Shown here one piece after another: positions 37,435 to 47,698 of a stretch of DNA of 64,000 bases. Where the stretch lies: the NCBI RefSeq assembly GCF_964213995.1, contig NC_135830.1:17112001-17176000 (forward strand), written 5' to 3'. Positions within the stretch are counted from its first letter, which is position 1, and the number at the start of each line of letters is the position of its first letter. A program made the translations under genes and the position numbers. The notes below the pieces were generated by a model. The model saw only the letters and a program-made list of their open reading frames with translations. It ran no database searches and had not been told where the DNA came from. Origin of the DNA: Mustelus asterias. Lineage: Eukaryota.

Positions 37435-40400
37435 ATGAAGGTGACCATAGCCAGCCTCAACATCAACGGCAGCAGTGGGCCACACCGCAGGTTCCAGAAC
37501 TTCTCGGTCCTCCGTGACGGGAAGTATGCGGTGTGTTTCCTGCAGGAAACCCACACCGTTCCGGGAGACGAAGCCCAATGGCTCCTGGAGTGGCGAGGGG
37601 GGGTCTACATGAGCCACCTCACGCTCGCTTCTTGCGGGGTGGCTATCTTGTTGGCCCCGCGTTATAAGCCGGAGATCTTGGGGGTCAAGGAGCCGGTGCC
37701 AGGCCGGTTGCTGCACTTGACGGTCCGTGAGGGGGGCGTGGTCATTCACTTGCTGAATGTCTACGCCCCGACCGCTGGACCGCAGCAAACGACTTTCTAC
37801 AAGAAAGTGTCCGCTCACATCGACACCATCGCGGGGGGCGAATGCATTATCCTCGGGGGAGATTTCAACTGCATCCTCGAGGCACGGGACCGCACCGGCC
37901 CCTGGCTGCGCACTCCGGCGGTGGTGAAGTTGCGGGACCTGATCGGGTCCCACGACTTGGTGGACGTCTGGAGACATCTCCATCCTGGCTCCAGCGCCTT
38001 CACTTTCGTGAGGCCTGGAGTCGGAGCGTCCAGGCTCGACCGCCTTTACATTTCGAAGGCGCACGTGTCCGGCGTGTCCTCGGTCTCCATGCGGCCGGTG
38101 TCGAGCACGGACCACAGCCTGGTGAGGGCGGACTTTGCGCCGTCTCGCATCCGGCGGGGGTCCGCGTACTGGCACTTTAACAACACGCTGCTGGAGGACG
38201 AGCGCTTCCTGGACTCGTTCCGTCGATTCTGGGCCGGCTGGAGAAGGAAGCGGGGAGGCTTCCCCTCCTTGAGGCTCTGGTGGGATGTGGGCAAGACTCA
38301 CGTCCGTACCTTCTGTCAGGGGTACGCGAGGGGGTCGACAAAGAGGCGGAAATCCAGGCTCGAGGAGTTGGAGAAGGAGGTGCTCGACCTGGAGGCACGT
38401 CTCAGTCGGCCTGACGCGGACCCGGCCCTGCGTTCGGAGTACAGGGAAAAGAAGGACGCGCTGCGAGACCTGCAGCTTGCCAGGTCTCGCGGCGCGTACG
38501 TGAGGTCGCGGCTCCAGTTCCAGGTGGACCTGGACCGCGGCTCCCCCTTCTTCTACTCGCTGGAAAGAGGGCGGGCTAACCGTCAGCAGCTCCTTACGCT
38601 GCTGGCCGACGACGGTTCCCCCGTCTCGGATCCGGAGGGCATCCGGGCCATTGCCCGGGAGTATTACACCTCGCTCTTCTCTCCGGATCCGTCCAGCGAG
38701 GATGCCCGCAGACTTCTGTGGGAGGACCTGCCACAGGTCGGCCCGGAGGGCGTCGGCAGGCTCGAGGCCCCTACCACCATGGCCGAGCTGACCGGCGCCC
38801 TAAATGGCCTCAGCCGGGGCAAGGCCCCTGGGCTGGACGGGCTGACAGTAGAGTTCTTCAGGGCGTTCTGGGACGTCCTGGGGAGCGACTACGCGGGGGT
38901 CCTGGGGGAGAGCGTCGCTACCGGGGAGATGCCCCTTTCGTGGCGCAGGGCCGTCATTGCCCTGCTGCCCAAGAAGGGGGATCTCCACCTGCTCAAGAAC
39001 TGGCGCCCGGTCTCCCTCCTCAGCACGGATTATAAAATCTTTGCCAGGGCTATGGCTTCACGCCTTGGATCCGTGCTGGACCACTTGATCCACCCTGACC
39101 AGTCCTACACGGTCCCGGGCCGTTGCATACATGACAATCTCCACCTGGTCCGGGACCTAATCCATCACACCCAGAGGGCTGGTCTGTCGGGCGCCTTCTT
39201 GTCATTAGATCAGGAGAAGGCGTTCGACAGGGTGGAGCACGAGTATTTACTCGGGACTCTGCGGGCATTCGGGTTCGGGACGCATTTTGTCGCCCGGATC
39301 CGATTACTGTACTCTGCCGCAGAGTGTCTGATTAAGGTTAACGGGTCCCTGACGGCGCCCCTTCGCTTCGGGAGAGGAGTACGGCAGGGCTGCCCCTTGT
39401 CCGGCCAACTGTATTCCGTATGCGTGGAGCCATTCCTGCGCCTCTTGCGGAGGAGGTTGTCAGGTTTGGTCCTGCGCGGACCGGACGTAGGGGTGGTCCT
39501 GTCAGCTTACGCCGACGACGTGCTCCTCATGTTCACGGACCCGGCTGACCTGCGGAGGATGCGAGAATGCCAGGCGGTGTACTCCGCCGCGTCCTCCGCC
39601 AGGATCAACTGGGCCAAGTGCTCCGGACTCCTTGTCGGTCCTTGGGAGACGGACCCCCTTCCGGAGGAGCTCAGGCCTTTCACCTGGAGCAGGACCAACC
39701 TCCTCTACTTGGGGGCCCATCTCTGCCCAGCCGAGGAATCCTGGCCGGCGAACTGGCGGGAGCTGGAGGCCAAAGTCTCCGCCCGCCTGGGTCGCTGGAC
39801 AGGACTGCTCCGAGTGCTGTCCTACGGGGCGCGAGCTCGCGTCATAAACCAGCTGGTCGCCTCCATGCTGTGGTACCGGCTGGTCCCTTTGACCCCTCCC
39901 CCTGGCTTTGTCACCGATATCCAGAGAACCCTCGTGCGGTTCTTCTGGGGCAATCGACTGCACTGGGTCCCTGCTGCGGTCCTGTATCTCCCGCTTGAGG
40001 AGGGCGGACAAGGTCTGGTGTGCCTCCGCACTCAGATAGCGACCTTCCGCCTCCAGGCCCTGCAGAGGTACCTTTACGTTGAGCCCCCTCCACAGTGGTG
40101 TGCCATGGCGACGTATTTCTTCCGCCAGTGGCACGGCCTCAATTATGACGTGCAGCTCCTGCATATCGAACTGGGGCGTGCTTCGACCGCCCTGCAGGAG
40201 TTGCCCGTCTTTTACCAGGACCTCCTCACTGTCTGGAACAAGGTCGCCTCGCGACGCAGCTCTCCCCCGTCAGGAGTAGCGGCTCTCGTGCGAGAGCCGC
40301 TGCTCAGGAATCCGCTCCTCCAGCCGTATAACTTCAGGTGGCTGGCGGAGAGGGGGGCTGTGGACGCCGGGGTGACCAGAATCGGGGACGTGCTCGATGG

Positions 40401-41328
40401 CGGAGGAGCGGGCTGGATGAGTCCCCGCGTGCTGGCTGAGCGCGCGGGGACGTCCGTCCGGCGCGCGGCCAAAGCCATCCTAGACCTTAGGACGGTCGTG
40501 CTCGGCCCCGAAACTGCACGCAAACTTGAGACGGCACAGGCGTGCGGTGGGATCCCGCCCGAGCGTTCCCCTGTTCGGGCGGAATTCCACATTGGCCCAA
40601 AGCCTCAGCCCCCTCCCCTGGGTGAGGTGCCCCACAGCCTGAGCCGCCTCGCGGAAATGCCCTCCGTGCCTTTTTCTACCGCGCGGAGGCGTTTCCTGTG
40701 CGGGCTGCTGCTGCACACCTTCCACTACCGCCTCCTCGCCTGTCGCCCGGATACACCTTGGCGGGCCTTGTTGCCGCCGGGCGGCGGAGGTCCCCGCTGG
40801 AGGTCCCTCTACGGAGGGATCTCCCCCAATTACGTCGGGGACCTGGGGTGGAGGGTGATGCATGCAGCAGTTCCGCACAACCGTAGGATTCACTGGTTCA
40901 CGGGCTCCGAAGACTGCCCTTTCTGTGGCCTTGTGGAGTCCGTGGACCATGTCTATGTTGAGTGTCTTAGGCTGCACTCCCTTTATGTTTTCCTGAAGAA
41001 TCTTTTATTGATGTTTTGTTTGCACTTCAGTCCCACGCTCCTGATCTACGGACACCCGGTGCGGAGAGGGGAGGGTCGGGATGGCGACCTCCTCGTGAAC
41101 CTGCTCCTGGGCCTGGCGAAACGCGCCATTTACCGGTCCAGGCAGCGGGCGATCGAGGGGGCCGTCCATCCTGACTGTCTTCCCCTCTACCGCGGCTACG
41201 TTCGCGGCCAGGTGTCCCTGGAGAGGGAGCATGCGGTGTCCACGGACGAGGTTGACGCTTTCCGCGCCCGCTGGGCACCGCAGGGGTTGGGGTGCATTAT
41301 TGACCCTAATAACCACATTTTAATTTGA
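37435..41328 (+). CDS. Tx1 ORF2: APE endonuclease, reverse transcriptase and C-terminal zinc finger, 1297 aa
   Basis: SLNING, LQETH, GGDFN, RLDR, TDH (APE); NWRPVSLL, LDQEKAFDRV, GVRQGCPLS, YADD (RT); CPFC..ESVDHVYVEC. No stops. Confidence 0.95.
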   Translation: MKVTIASLNINGSSGPHRRFQNFSVLRDGKYAVCFLQETHTVPGDEAQWLLEWRGGVYMSHLTLASCGVAILLAPRYKPEILGVKEPVPGRLLHLTVREGGVVIHLLNVYAPTAGPQQTTFYKKVSAHIDTIAGGECIILGGDFNCILEARDRTGPWLRTPAVVKLRDLIGSHDLVDVWRHLHPGSSAFTFVRPGVGASRLDRLYISKAHVSGVSSVSMRPVSSTDHSLVRADFAPSRIRRGSAYWHFNNTLLEDERFLDSFRRFWAGWRRKRGGFPSLRLWWDVGKTHVRTFCQGYARGSTKRRKSRLEELEKEVLDLEARLSRPDADPALRSEYREKKDALRDLQLARSRGAYVRSRLQFQVDLDRGSPFFYSLERGRANRQQLLTLLADDGSPVSDPEGIRAIAREYYTSLFSPDPSSEDARRLLWEDLPQVGPEGVGRLEAPTTMAELTGALNGLSRGKAPGLDGLTVEFFRAFWDVLGSDYAGVLGESVATGEMPLSWRRAVIALLPKKGDLHLLKNWRPVSLLSTDYKIFARAMASRLGSVLDHLIHPDQSYTVPGRCIHDNLHLVRDLIHHTQRAGLSGAFLSLDQEKAFDRVEHEYLLGTLRAFGFGTHFVARIRLLYSAAECLIKVNGSLTAPLRFGRGVRQGCPLSGQLYSVCVEPFLRLLRRRLSGLVLRGPDVGVVLSAYADDVLLMFTDPADLRRMRECQAVYSAASSARINWAKCSGLLVGPWETDPLPEELRPFTWSRTNLLYLGAHLCPAEESWPANWRELEAKVSARLGRWTGLLRVLSYGARARVINQLVASMLWYRLVPLTPPPGFVTDIQRTLVRFFWGNRLHWVPAAVLYLPLEEGGQGLVCLRTQIATFRLQALQRYLYVEPPPQWCAMATYFFRQWHGLNYDVQLLHIELGRASTALQELPVFYQDLLTVWNKVASRRSSPPSGVAALVREPLLRNPLLQPYNFRWLAERGAVDAGVTRIGDVLDGGGAGWMSPRVLAERAGTSVRRAAKAILDLRTVVLGPETARKLETAQACGGIPPERSPVRAEFHIGPKPQPPPLGEVPHSLSRLAEMPSVPFSTARRRFLCGLLLHTFHYRLLACRPDTPWRALLPPGGGGPRWRSLYGGISPNYVGDLGWRVMHAAVPHNRRIHWFTGSEDCPFCGLVESVDHVYVECLRLHSLYVFLKNLLLMFCLHFSPTLLIYGHPVRRGEGRDGDLLVNLLLGLAKRAIYRSRQRAIEGAVHPDCLPLYRGYVRGQVSLEREHAVSTDEVDAFRARWAPQGLGCIIDPNNHILI

Positions 41329-41455
41329 TGTTTTTAAGTTTCCTTTGCATTTTGATTTCTGTTCGGGCTGTTCCCCCTCCTTTTTGGGGAGCTGCCCCTT
41401 TTACTTTGTCCTGATTTAATTTGAGTTTGTTTACTTGGTTTGACCTAAAAAGAGG

Positions 41456-41519
41456 TCTCTGAATGAAGATTGAGCTTCAGACAGACTCAAACTTCCTCCC
41501 GTCTTCAACATCAGTGAGT
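41456..41519 (+). other. Remainder of a putative non-coding first exon with a splice donor
   Basis: TCTCTGAATGAAGATTGAGCTTCAGAC...CATCA|GTGAGT (donor 41514-41519); continues the promoter at 33775-34130 once Tx1 is removed. Confidence 0.55.
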
Positions 41520-43882
41520 AAAACACTTTCTTTTCTCCCCCTTTCCTTTTCTTTTCTCATTCTGGGGGAAATTGGGGACTTGCAGCAACTGAAGGGAAAG
41601 GAAGTGAATCCAGGGAGGGCGCAGACACTTGGAAAGGTTGGCTCTCTCTCTCTTTCTCAAACCGGAAAATGACCTATTTATGCCGCTGTTTCCTGTTTGC
41701 CAATCTTCTATCCACGCCAATATGTTATCCCGCAGCATGAACTTTTATTTGCTGCAACAACCTTTGATGTGGCACCTTATCAAATACCTTCTTGAAATCT
41801 GCACATCTGAAATTTGCAGCAGATCCAATTCCCTATGGGGAATTTTAGAAAATTAAACAACACATTAACAATCTCACTCACCAGTTCTGTTCAGACCCGA
41901 GAATGAAGCCCAGCAGGACCCAAGGACTCATCAGCCCACAGCTCCAACAGTTTGCTGAGGACCACTTCCCTGGGAATTGTGCTTTTTCAGAGTTCATCCC
42001 ACACTTCTGTTTTCTGATTTACAGCTGTTTCTGAGTTGTTACCTGTATTCTCTATTGTGAAGACCTAGGCAAAATGCAGTTCCTTATTTTTCATTATTAA
42101 TTCCTGGACTCACTTTCGATCAGACTTAAGAAATGAGGTAGGGCAAGTGACTGAAGTGTCAGTCAGGGAGCACTTTGTGTCCAGTGACCAGAACACTATA
42201 TTAGTTTTAAAATAGTTGTGGAAAAAGATAGGACGGGTCCACAGGTTAAGGCCCTAAGCTGGAGCAGGGCCAATTTTGTGGGCGTTAGACAGGATCTGAC
42301 AGATGTCAATTATGAGAGTCTGTTTGAAGGGAAAGGAATGACTGGCGAATAGGAGGCTTTTAAAAGTGTGACATCAAAAGTCCAGGGGCAGTATGTTCCT
42401 GTTAAGATGAAGGGAAAGAATGGTAAATTTGGGGATCTCTGGCTGACAAAGGACATTGAGGCTCTGGTCAGGTAAAAGAAGGAAACATACATTGGGTTTA
42501 GGCAATTGGGACAAGTGAATTACTCGATGACTATAAAAAGTGGAAGGGAACACTTAAGAGGGAAGTCAGGAGGACAGAAAGAGGGTATGATATGGATCTG
42601 GCAGGTAAGGTTAAAAAGAAAATTCCAAGAGGTTCTATAGCTATATTAAGAGTAAAAGGGTGACAAGAGAGAGAATAGATCCCCTTTAAAATCAGTATGG
42701 CCATCTGTGTGTGGAGCCACAGGAGATGGGTGAGATTTTTAATGAATATTTCTCCTTGGTGTTTATTGAGGAGAACATGGGTGTTAAAGAAATAAAGGAA
42801 ATAAGTGGTGATGTCTTGGGCCTATTACAAGGAGGAGGTATCTGCAGCCTTAAAGTGCATTAAGGTGGATAAATCCTCTAATCAAGTGCATTCTCAGATT
42901 TTGTGAGAGGTTAGGGGAGAAATTACAGAGGCTCTTGCAGAGATATTTGTTTCATCCCTTTCCACTGGCGAAGTTCTGGAAGACCAGAGTGTGGCTAATG
43001 TTGTTCCATTGTTTAAGAAGGGTTGCAAAGAGAAGCCTGGTAATTAAAGGCTGGTGAGCCTGACATCAGTGGTGGGTAAGTTACTGGAGGGGATTGTGAG
43101 GGACAGGATCTACCAACATATGGATAGTCAAGGGATTTGGGGTAGTCAGCACAGCTTTGTGCATGGGAAGTCATATCTGATACATCTTTTTGAGTGTTTC
43201 TCAGAAGTAACCAAGAGGATGGATGAGGATAGGGCAGTAGATGTTGATTATATTGCTTTTAGCAAGGCCTTTGACAAGGTCCCACATGGCAGGCTAGTCT
43301 GGAAGGTTAGGTCATGTGGGATTCACGGAGAGCTAGCAAATTGGATTCGGAATTGGCTCAATGGTAGGAAGCAGAGGCTGATGGTCGAAGGTTGTTTCTC
43401 GGACTGGAGGCCTGTGACAACTGGTGCGCCTCAGGGGTCGGTGTTTGGACCCTTGTCATTCGCTATTTATATAAATGGTTTGGATATGAATGTACAAGAC
43501 ATGGTAAGTAAGTTTGCGGATAATACTAAATTAGGAGGTATCATTGTTAGCAAAGAAGGTTATCAAAAATTACAGGGGGATCTTGATCAGTTAGGGAAGT
43601 GTACTGAGGATTGGCAAATGGACTTCAATACAGACAAGTGTGAGGTGTTGCATTTTGGAAAGTCAAACCAGGGTATAGACTTGTATAGTGAATGGGAGGG
43701 CCCTGGAGAGTGTTGAGGAACAGAGGGACCTAGGAGTACAAGTGCATAGTTCATTGAAAGTGGCATTGCAGGTATACAGTGGTGAAGGTGGTGTTTAGCA
43801 CACTGGCCTTCATCAGTCAGGGCATGAAGTGTAGGAGTTGGGACGTTGTTACAGTTGTTTAAATCGTTGGTGAGGTCGCATC

Positions 43883-45612
43883 TTTTGATTTGATTTATTA
43901 TTGTCACATGTATTAGCATACAGTGAAAAGTATTGTTTCTTGCGCTCGATACAGACAAAGCATACCGTTCATGGGGAAGGAAAGGAGAGAGGGCAGAATG
44001 TCGTGTTAGTCTTAGCTAGGGTGTAGAGACAGATCAATCTCATGCGAAGTAGGTCCATTCGAAATCTGATAGCAGCAGGAAAGAAGCTGTTCTTGAGTCG
44101 GTTGGTACATGATCTCAGACTTTGGTCTCTTTTCCCCAATAGAAGAAGTTCATAGAATCATAGAAACCCTACAGTGCAGAAGGAGGCCATTCGGCCCATC
44201 GAGTCTGCACCGACCACAATCCCACCCAGGCCCTACCCCCACATATTTACCCGCTAATCCCTCTAACCTACACATCCCAGGACTCTAAGGGACAATTTTT
44301 AACCTGGCCAATCAACCTAACCCGCACATCTTTGGACTGTGGGAGGAAACCGGAGCACCCGGAGGAAACCCACGCAGACACGAGGAGAATGTGCAAACTC
44401 CACACAGACAGTGACCCGAGCCGGGAATCGAACCCGGGACCCTGGAGCTGTGAAGCAGCAGTGCTAACCACTGTGCTACCGTGCCGCCCCAATAGAATAG
44501 AAACCCTACAGTGCAGAAGGAGGCCATTCGGCCCATCGAGTCTGCACCGACCACAATCCCACCCAGGCCCTATCCCCACATATTTACCCGCTAATCCACA
44601 CATCTCAGGACTCTAAGGGCCAATTTTTAACCTGGCCAATCAACCTAACCCACACATCTTTGGACTGTGGGAGGAAACCGGAGCACCCGGAGGAAACCCA
44701 CGCAGACACGAGGAGAATGTGCAAACTCCACACAGACAGTGACCCGAGCCGGGAATTGAACCCGGGACCCTGGAGCTGTGAAGCAGCAGTGCTAACCATT
44801 GTGCTACCGTGGAAGAGTTGGAAGAGAGAATGTCCAGGGTGCGTGTGGTCTTGATTATGTTGGCTGCTTTGCCGAGGCAGCGGGAAGTGTAGACAGACTC
44901 AATAGATGAGGGACTGTTTTGCATGATGGACTAGGCTTCATTCATGACCCTTTGTAGTTTCTTGCCGTCTTGGACCGAGCAGGAGCCATACCAAGCTGCG
45001 CTAGAACCGGAAATAATGCTTTCTATGATGCATTTGTAGAAGTTGGTGGGAGTTGTAGCTGACATGTCAAATTTCCTTCATCTTCTGAGAAAGTAGAGGC
45101 ATTGGTGGGCTTTCTTAACTATAGTGTTGGCATGGGGGGACCAGGACAGGTTGCTGGTGATCTGGACACCTAAAACTTGAAGGTCTCCATTATTTCTACT
45201 TCATCCCCATTGATGTAGACAAGAGCACGTTCTCCACTACGTCCCTGAAGTTGATGACTATCTCCTTCGTTCTGTTGACGTTGAGGGAGAGAATATTGGC
45301 ACCACACCAGTTCACCAGATTCTCTATCCCATTCCTGTTCTCTGTCCCGTCATTGAGATGCGACCCACAACGGTGATGTCATCAGCAAACTTGAAAATTG
45401 AATTGGAGGGGAATTTGGCCGCACAGTCATAGGTGTATAAGGAGTATAGTAGGGGGCTGAGAACACAGCCTTGTGGGATACTGGTGTTGAGGATGATCGT
45501 GGAGCAGGTGTTGTTGCCTATCCTTATAGACTGCAGTCAGTGGGTCAGGAAATCTAGGAACCAGTCGCAGAGGGAGGAGCCGAGTCCCAGGCCATGAAGT
45601 TTGGAGATGAGT
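43883..45612 (-). mobile_element. Rex1/Babar-like LINE 3' portion carrying two tandem SINEs
   Basis: (TTTGA)n tail at ~43885; minus-strand RT motifs (LSPLLYSLYTYDC..KFADD..). Confidence 0.75.
44151..44810 (-). mobile_element. Two tandem young HE1-like SINEs (44151-44490, 44492-44810)
   Basis: Near-identical full-length copies, head-to-tail; same subfamily as 47136-47487. Confidence 0.88.
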
Positions 45613-45879
45613 ACTTGGAGTATTTTATACAGTTTTAGTCGCCTGTTATTGGAAAGACAGTGATAAACTGGAAAGAGTGCAGAGATTTACTAGGATGTTG
45701 CCAGGACGACTGGGCCAGAGTTATAGGGAGCGGTTGGCCAGGCTAGGGCTTTATTCCTTGGGACGCAGGAGAATGAGGGGTGACCTTATTGAGGTGAATA
45801 AAATCATGAGGAGCTAAGAGAGGATGAACACAGTCTTTTTCCCAAGGAAGGGAAAAATATATATTCAGGCTAAGTCCTA

Positions 45880-46162
45880 CCTGAATCAGCCAATAGCAAT
45901 CACTCTGCTCCGAGTGACGTCTCCGGGTTCAGGCGCGCGGACCCGGGAGCCCCGCCCCCACCCATTGTTCCCCCAATCTGTACATTCCACACATTGTTAG
46001 TCCAATCATATATCTGGCAGCCTGCATGGAGATTTTCAGCTCTCTGTATCCAGGACAGGAAGCAGTGAGCATGGATCTGTCAATCAGCCTCAATCAGCAC
46101 CTTCAGGAGAATTGGGAGGGTGAATATTAGATACAGCAGAGTGAGAATGGAGGGAGAGTGTG
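45880..46162. other. Remnant ZNF promoter/intron modules with no coding exon
   Basis: 45944-45972 resembles 33814-33840. 46045-46162 is the reverse complement of 31143-31260. CCAAT and TGACGT motifs at 45890-45920. Confidence 0.55.
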
Positions 46163-46639
46163 AGGTGCTGCACTTTGGAGACCAAATGTTAAGGGTAAGT
46201 ATACAGATAATGGCAGGTCCCTGAACAGCATTGATGTACAGAGGGATCTCGGAGTTCAAGTCCATAGCTCCCTGAAATTGGCCACACAAGTAGATAAGGT
46301 GGTAAAGAAGGTATATGGCATGCTTGCCTTTATTGAGTACAAGAGTCAGACTATCATGATTCATTTTTGATTTGATTTATTATTGTCACGTGTATTAACA
46401 TACAGTGAAAACTACTGTTTCTTGCGTGCTATACAGACAAAGCATACCATTCATAGAGAGGCAGATACGATAGTGACTTGAAAGGGTGTCTGGGTAAATA
46501 CATGAATAGGATGGGAATAGAGGGATACGGTCCCCAGAAGGGTAGGGGGTTTTAGTTAAGTCGGGCAGCATGGTCAGTGCAGGCTTGGAGGGCCGAAGGG
46601 CCTGTTCCTGTTCTGTTATTTTCTTTGTTCTTTGTTCTC

Positions 46640-47640
46640 GAGTAATAGTGATAGGGGACTCTATAGGGATGCGGATAGGCGCTTCTGTGGACGTGAAAGA
46701 GACTCCAGGATGGTATGTTGCCTCCCTGGTGCCAGGGTCCAGGAAGTCTCTGAATGGGCAGAAAGCATTCTGAAGGGAGAGGGTGAACAGCCAGAGGTTG
46801 TGACGAACGACATTGGCTGGAAGAGTGAGGAGATCCTGCAGCAGCTGTTCAGGGAGTTATAGAAAGTTAAAAAGCAGGATCTCCAGGGTTGTAATCGCAG
46901 GATTACTCCCTGTGCCTCGTGCCAGTGAGGCTAGAAATAGAAAGATAGTACAGCTCAACACGTGGCTAAACAGCTGATGTAGGAGGGAGGGTTTCAGATA
47001 TATACGGTTCAGTAGGGGAGCAGTTTGGGAACAGTGACCACAATTCAGTAAGCTTTAAGGTACTGATGGATAAAGATAAGTGTAGTCCTCAAGTGAAGGT
47101 GCTAAATTGGGGGAAGGCTAATTACAACAATATTTGGGGCGGCACGGTAGCACAGTGGTTAGCACTGCTGCTTCACAGCTCCAGGGTCCCGGGTTCGATT
47201 CCCGGCTCGGGTCACTGTCTGTGTGGAGTTTGCACATTCTCCTCGTGTCTGCGTGGGTTTCCTCCGGGTGCTCCGGTTTCCTCCCACAGTCCAAAGATGT
47301 GCGGGTTAGGTTGATTGGCCAGGTTAAAAAAAAAATTGCCCCTTAGAGTCCTGGGATGCGTAGGTTGGAGGGATTAGCGGGTAAAATATGTGGGGGTAGG
47401 GCCTGGGTGGGATTGTGGTCGGTGCAGACTCGATGGGCCGAATGGCCTCCTTCTGCACTGTAGGGTTTCTATGATTTCTATGATTTCTCTATATCTGGAC
47501 CATTGGGATCTTTTCCATGGCAGGTGGGACCTATACAAGAAGGACGGGTTGCATCTCAACTGGAAGGATATAAATATTCAGGCCAGGAGGTTTGCTCGTG
47601 TCACATGGGAGGATTTAAACTGGTTTGGCGGGGTGGGGGT

Positions 47641-47698
<58 letters not shown>

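Larger units (their letters stand above)
34135..41455 (+). mobile_element. Full-length Tx1-clade non-LTR retrotransposon
   Basis: ~1.15-kb 5'UTR with a tandem repeat, open ORF1 and ORF2, and a short T-rich 3'UTR ending CTAAAAAGAGG (same end as the copy at 51887). The 5' boundary is uncertain by a few tens of bp. Confidence 0.92.
42140..45850 (+). mobile_element. Degenerate CR1 LINE, split by a Rex1-like insertion
   Basis: RT ORF 43054-43716 (SLTSVVGKLLEG..FSKAFDKVPH..FADNTK). The CR1 sequence breaks at ~43881 and resumes at ~45613 (ACTTGGAGTATT). Confidence 0.85.

Noticed and set aside
36692-40977. Several antisense ORFs over Tx1 (up to 300 aa)
   Set aside because: Expected from the high GC content of the Tx1 ORFs; no recognisable motifs.
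47136-47210. tRNA genes
   Set aside because: The A/B-box tRNA-like sequences here and elsewhere are SINE heads continuous with SINE bodies.
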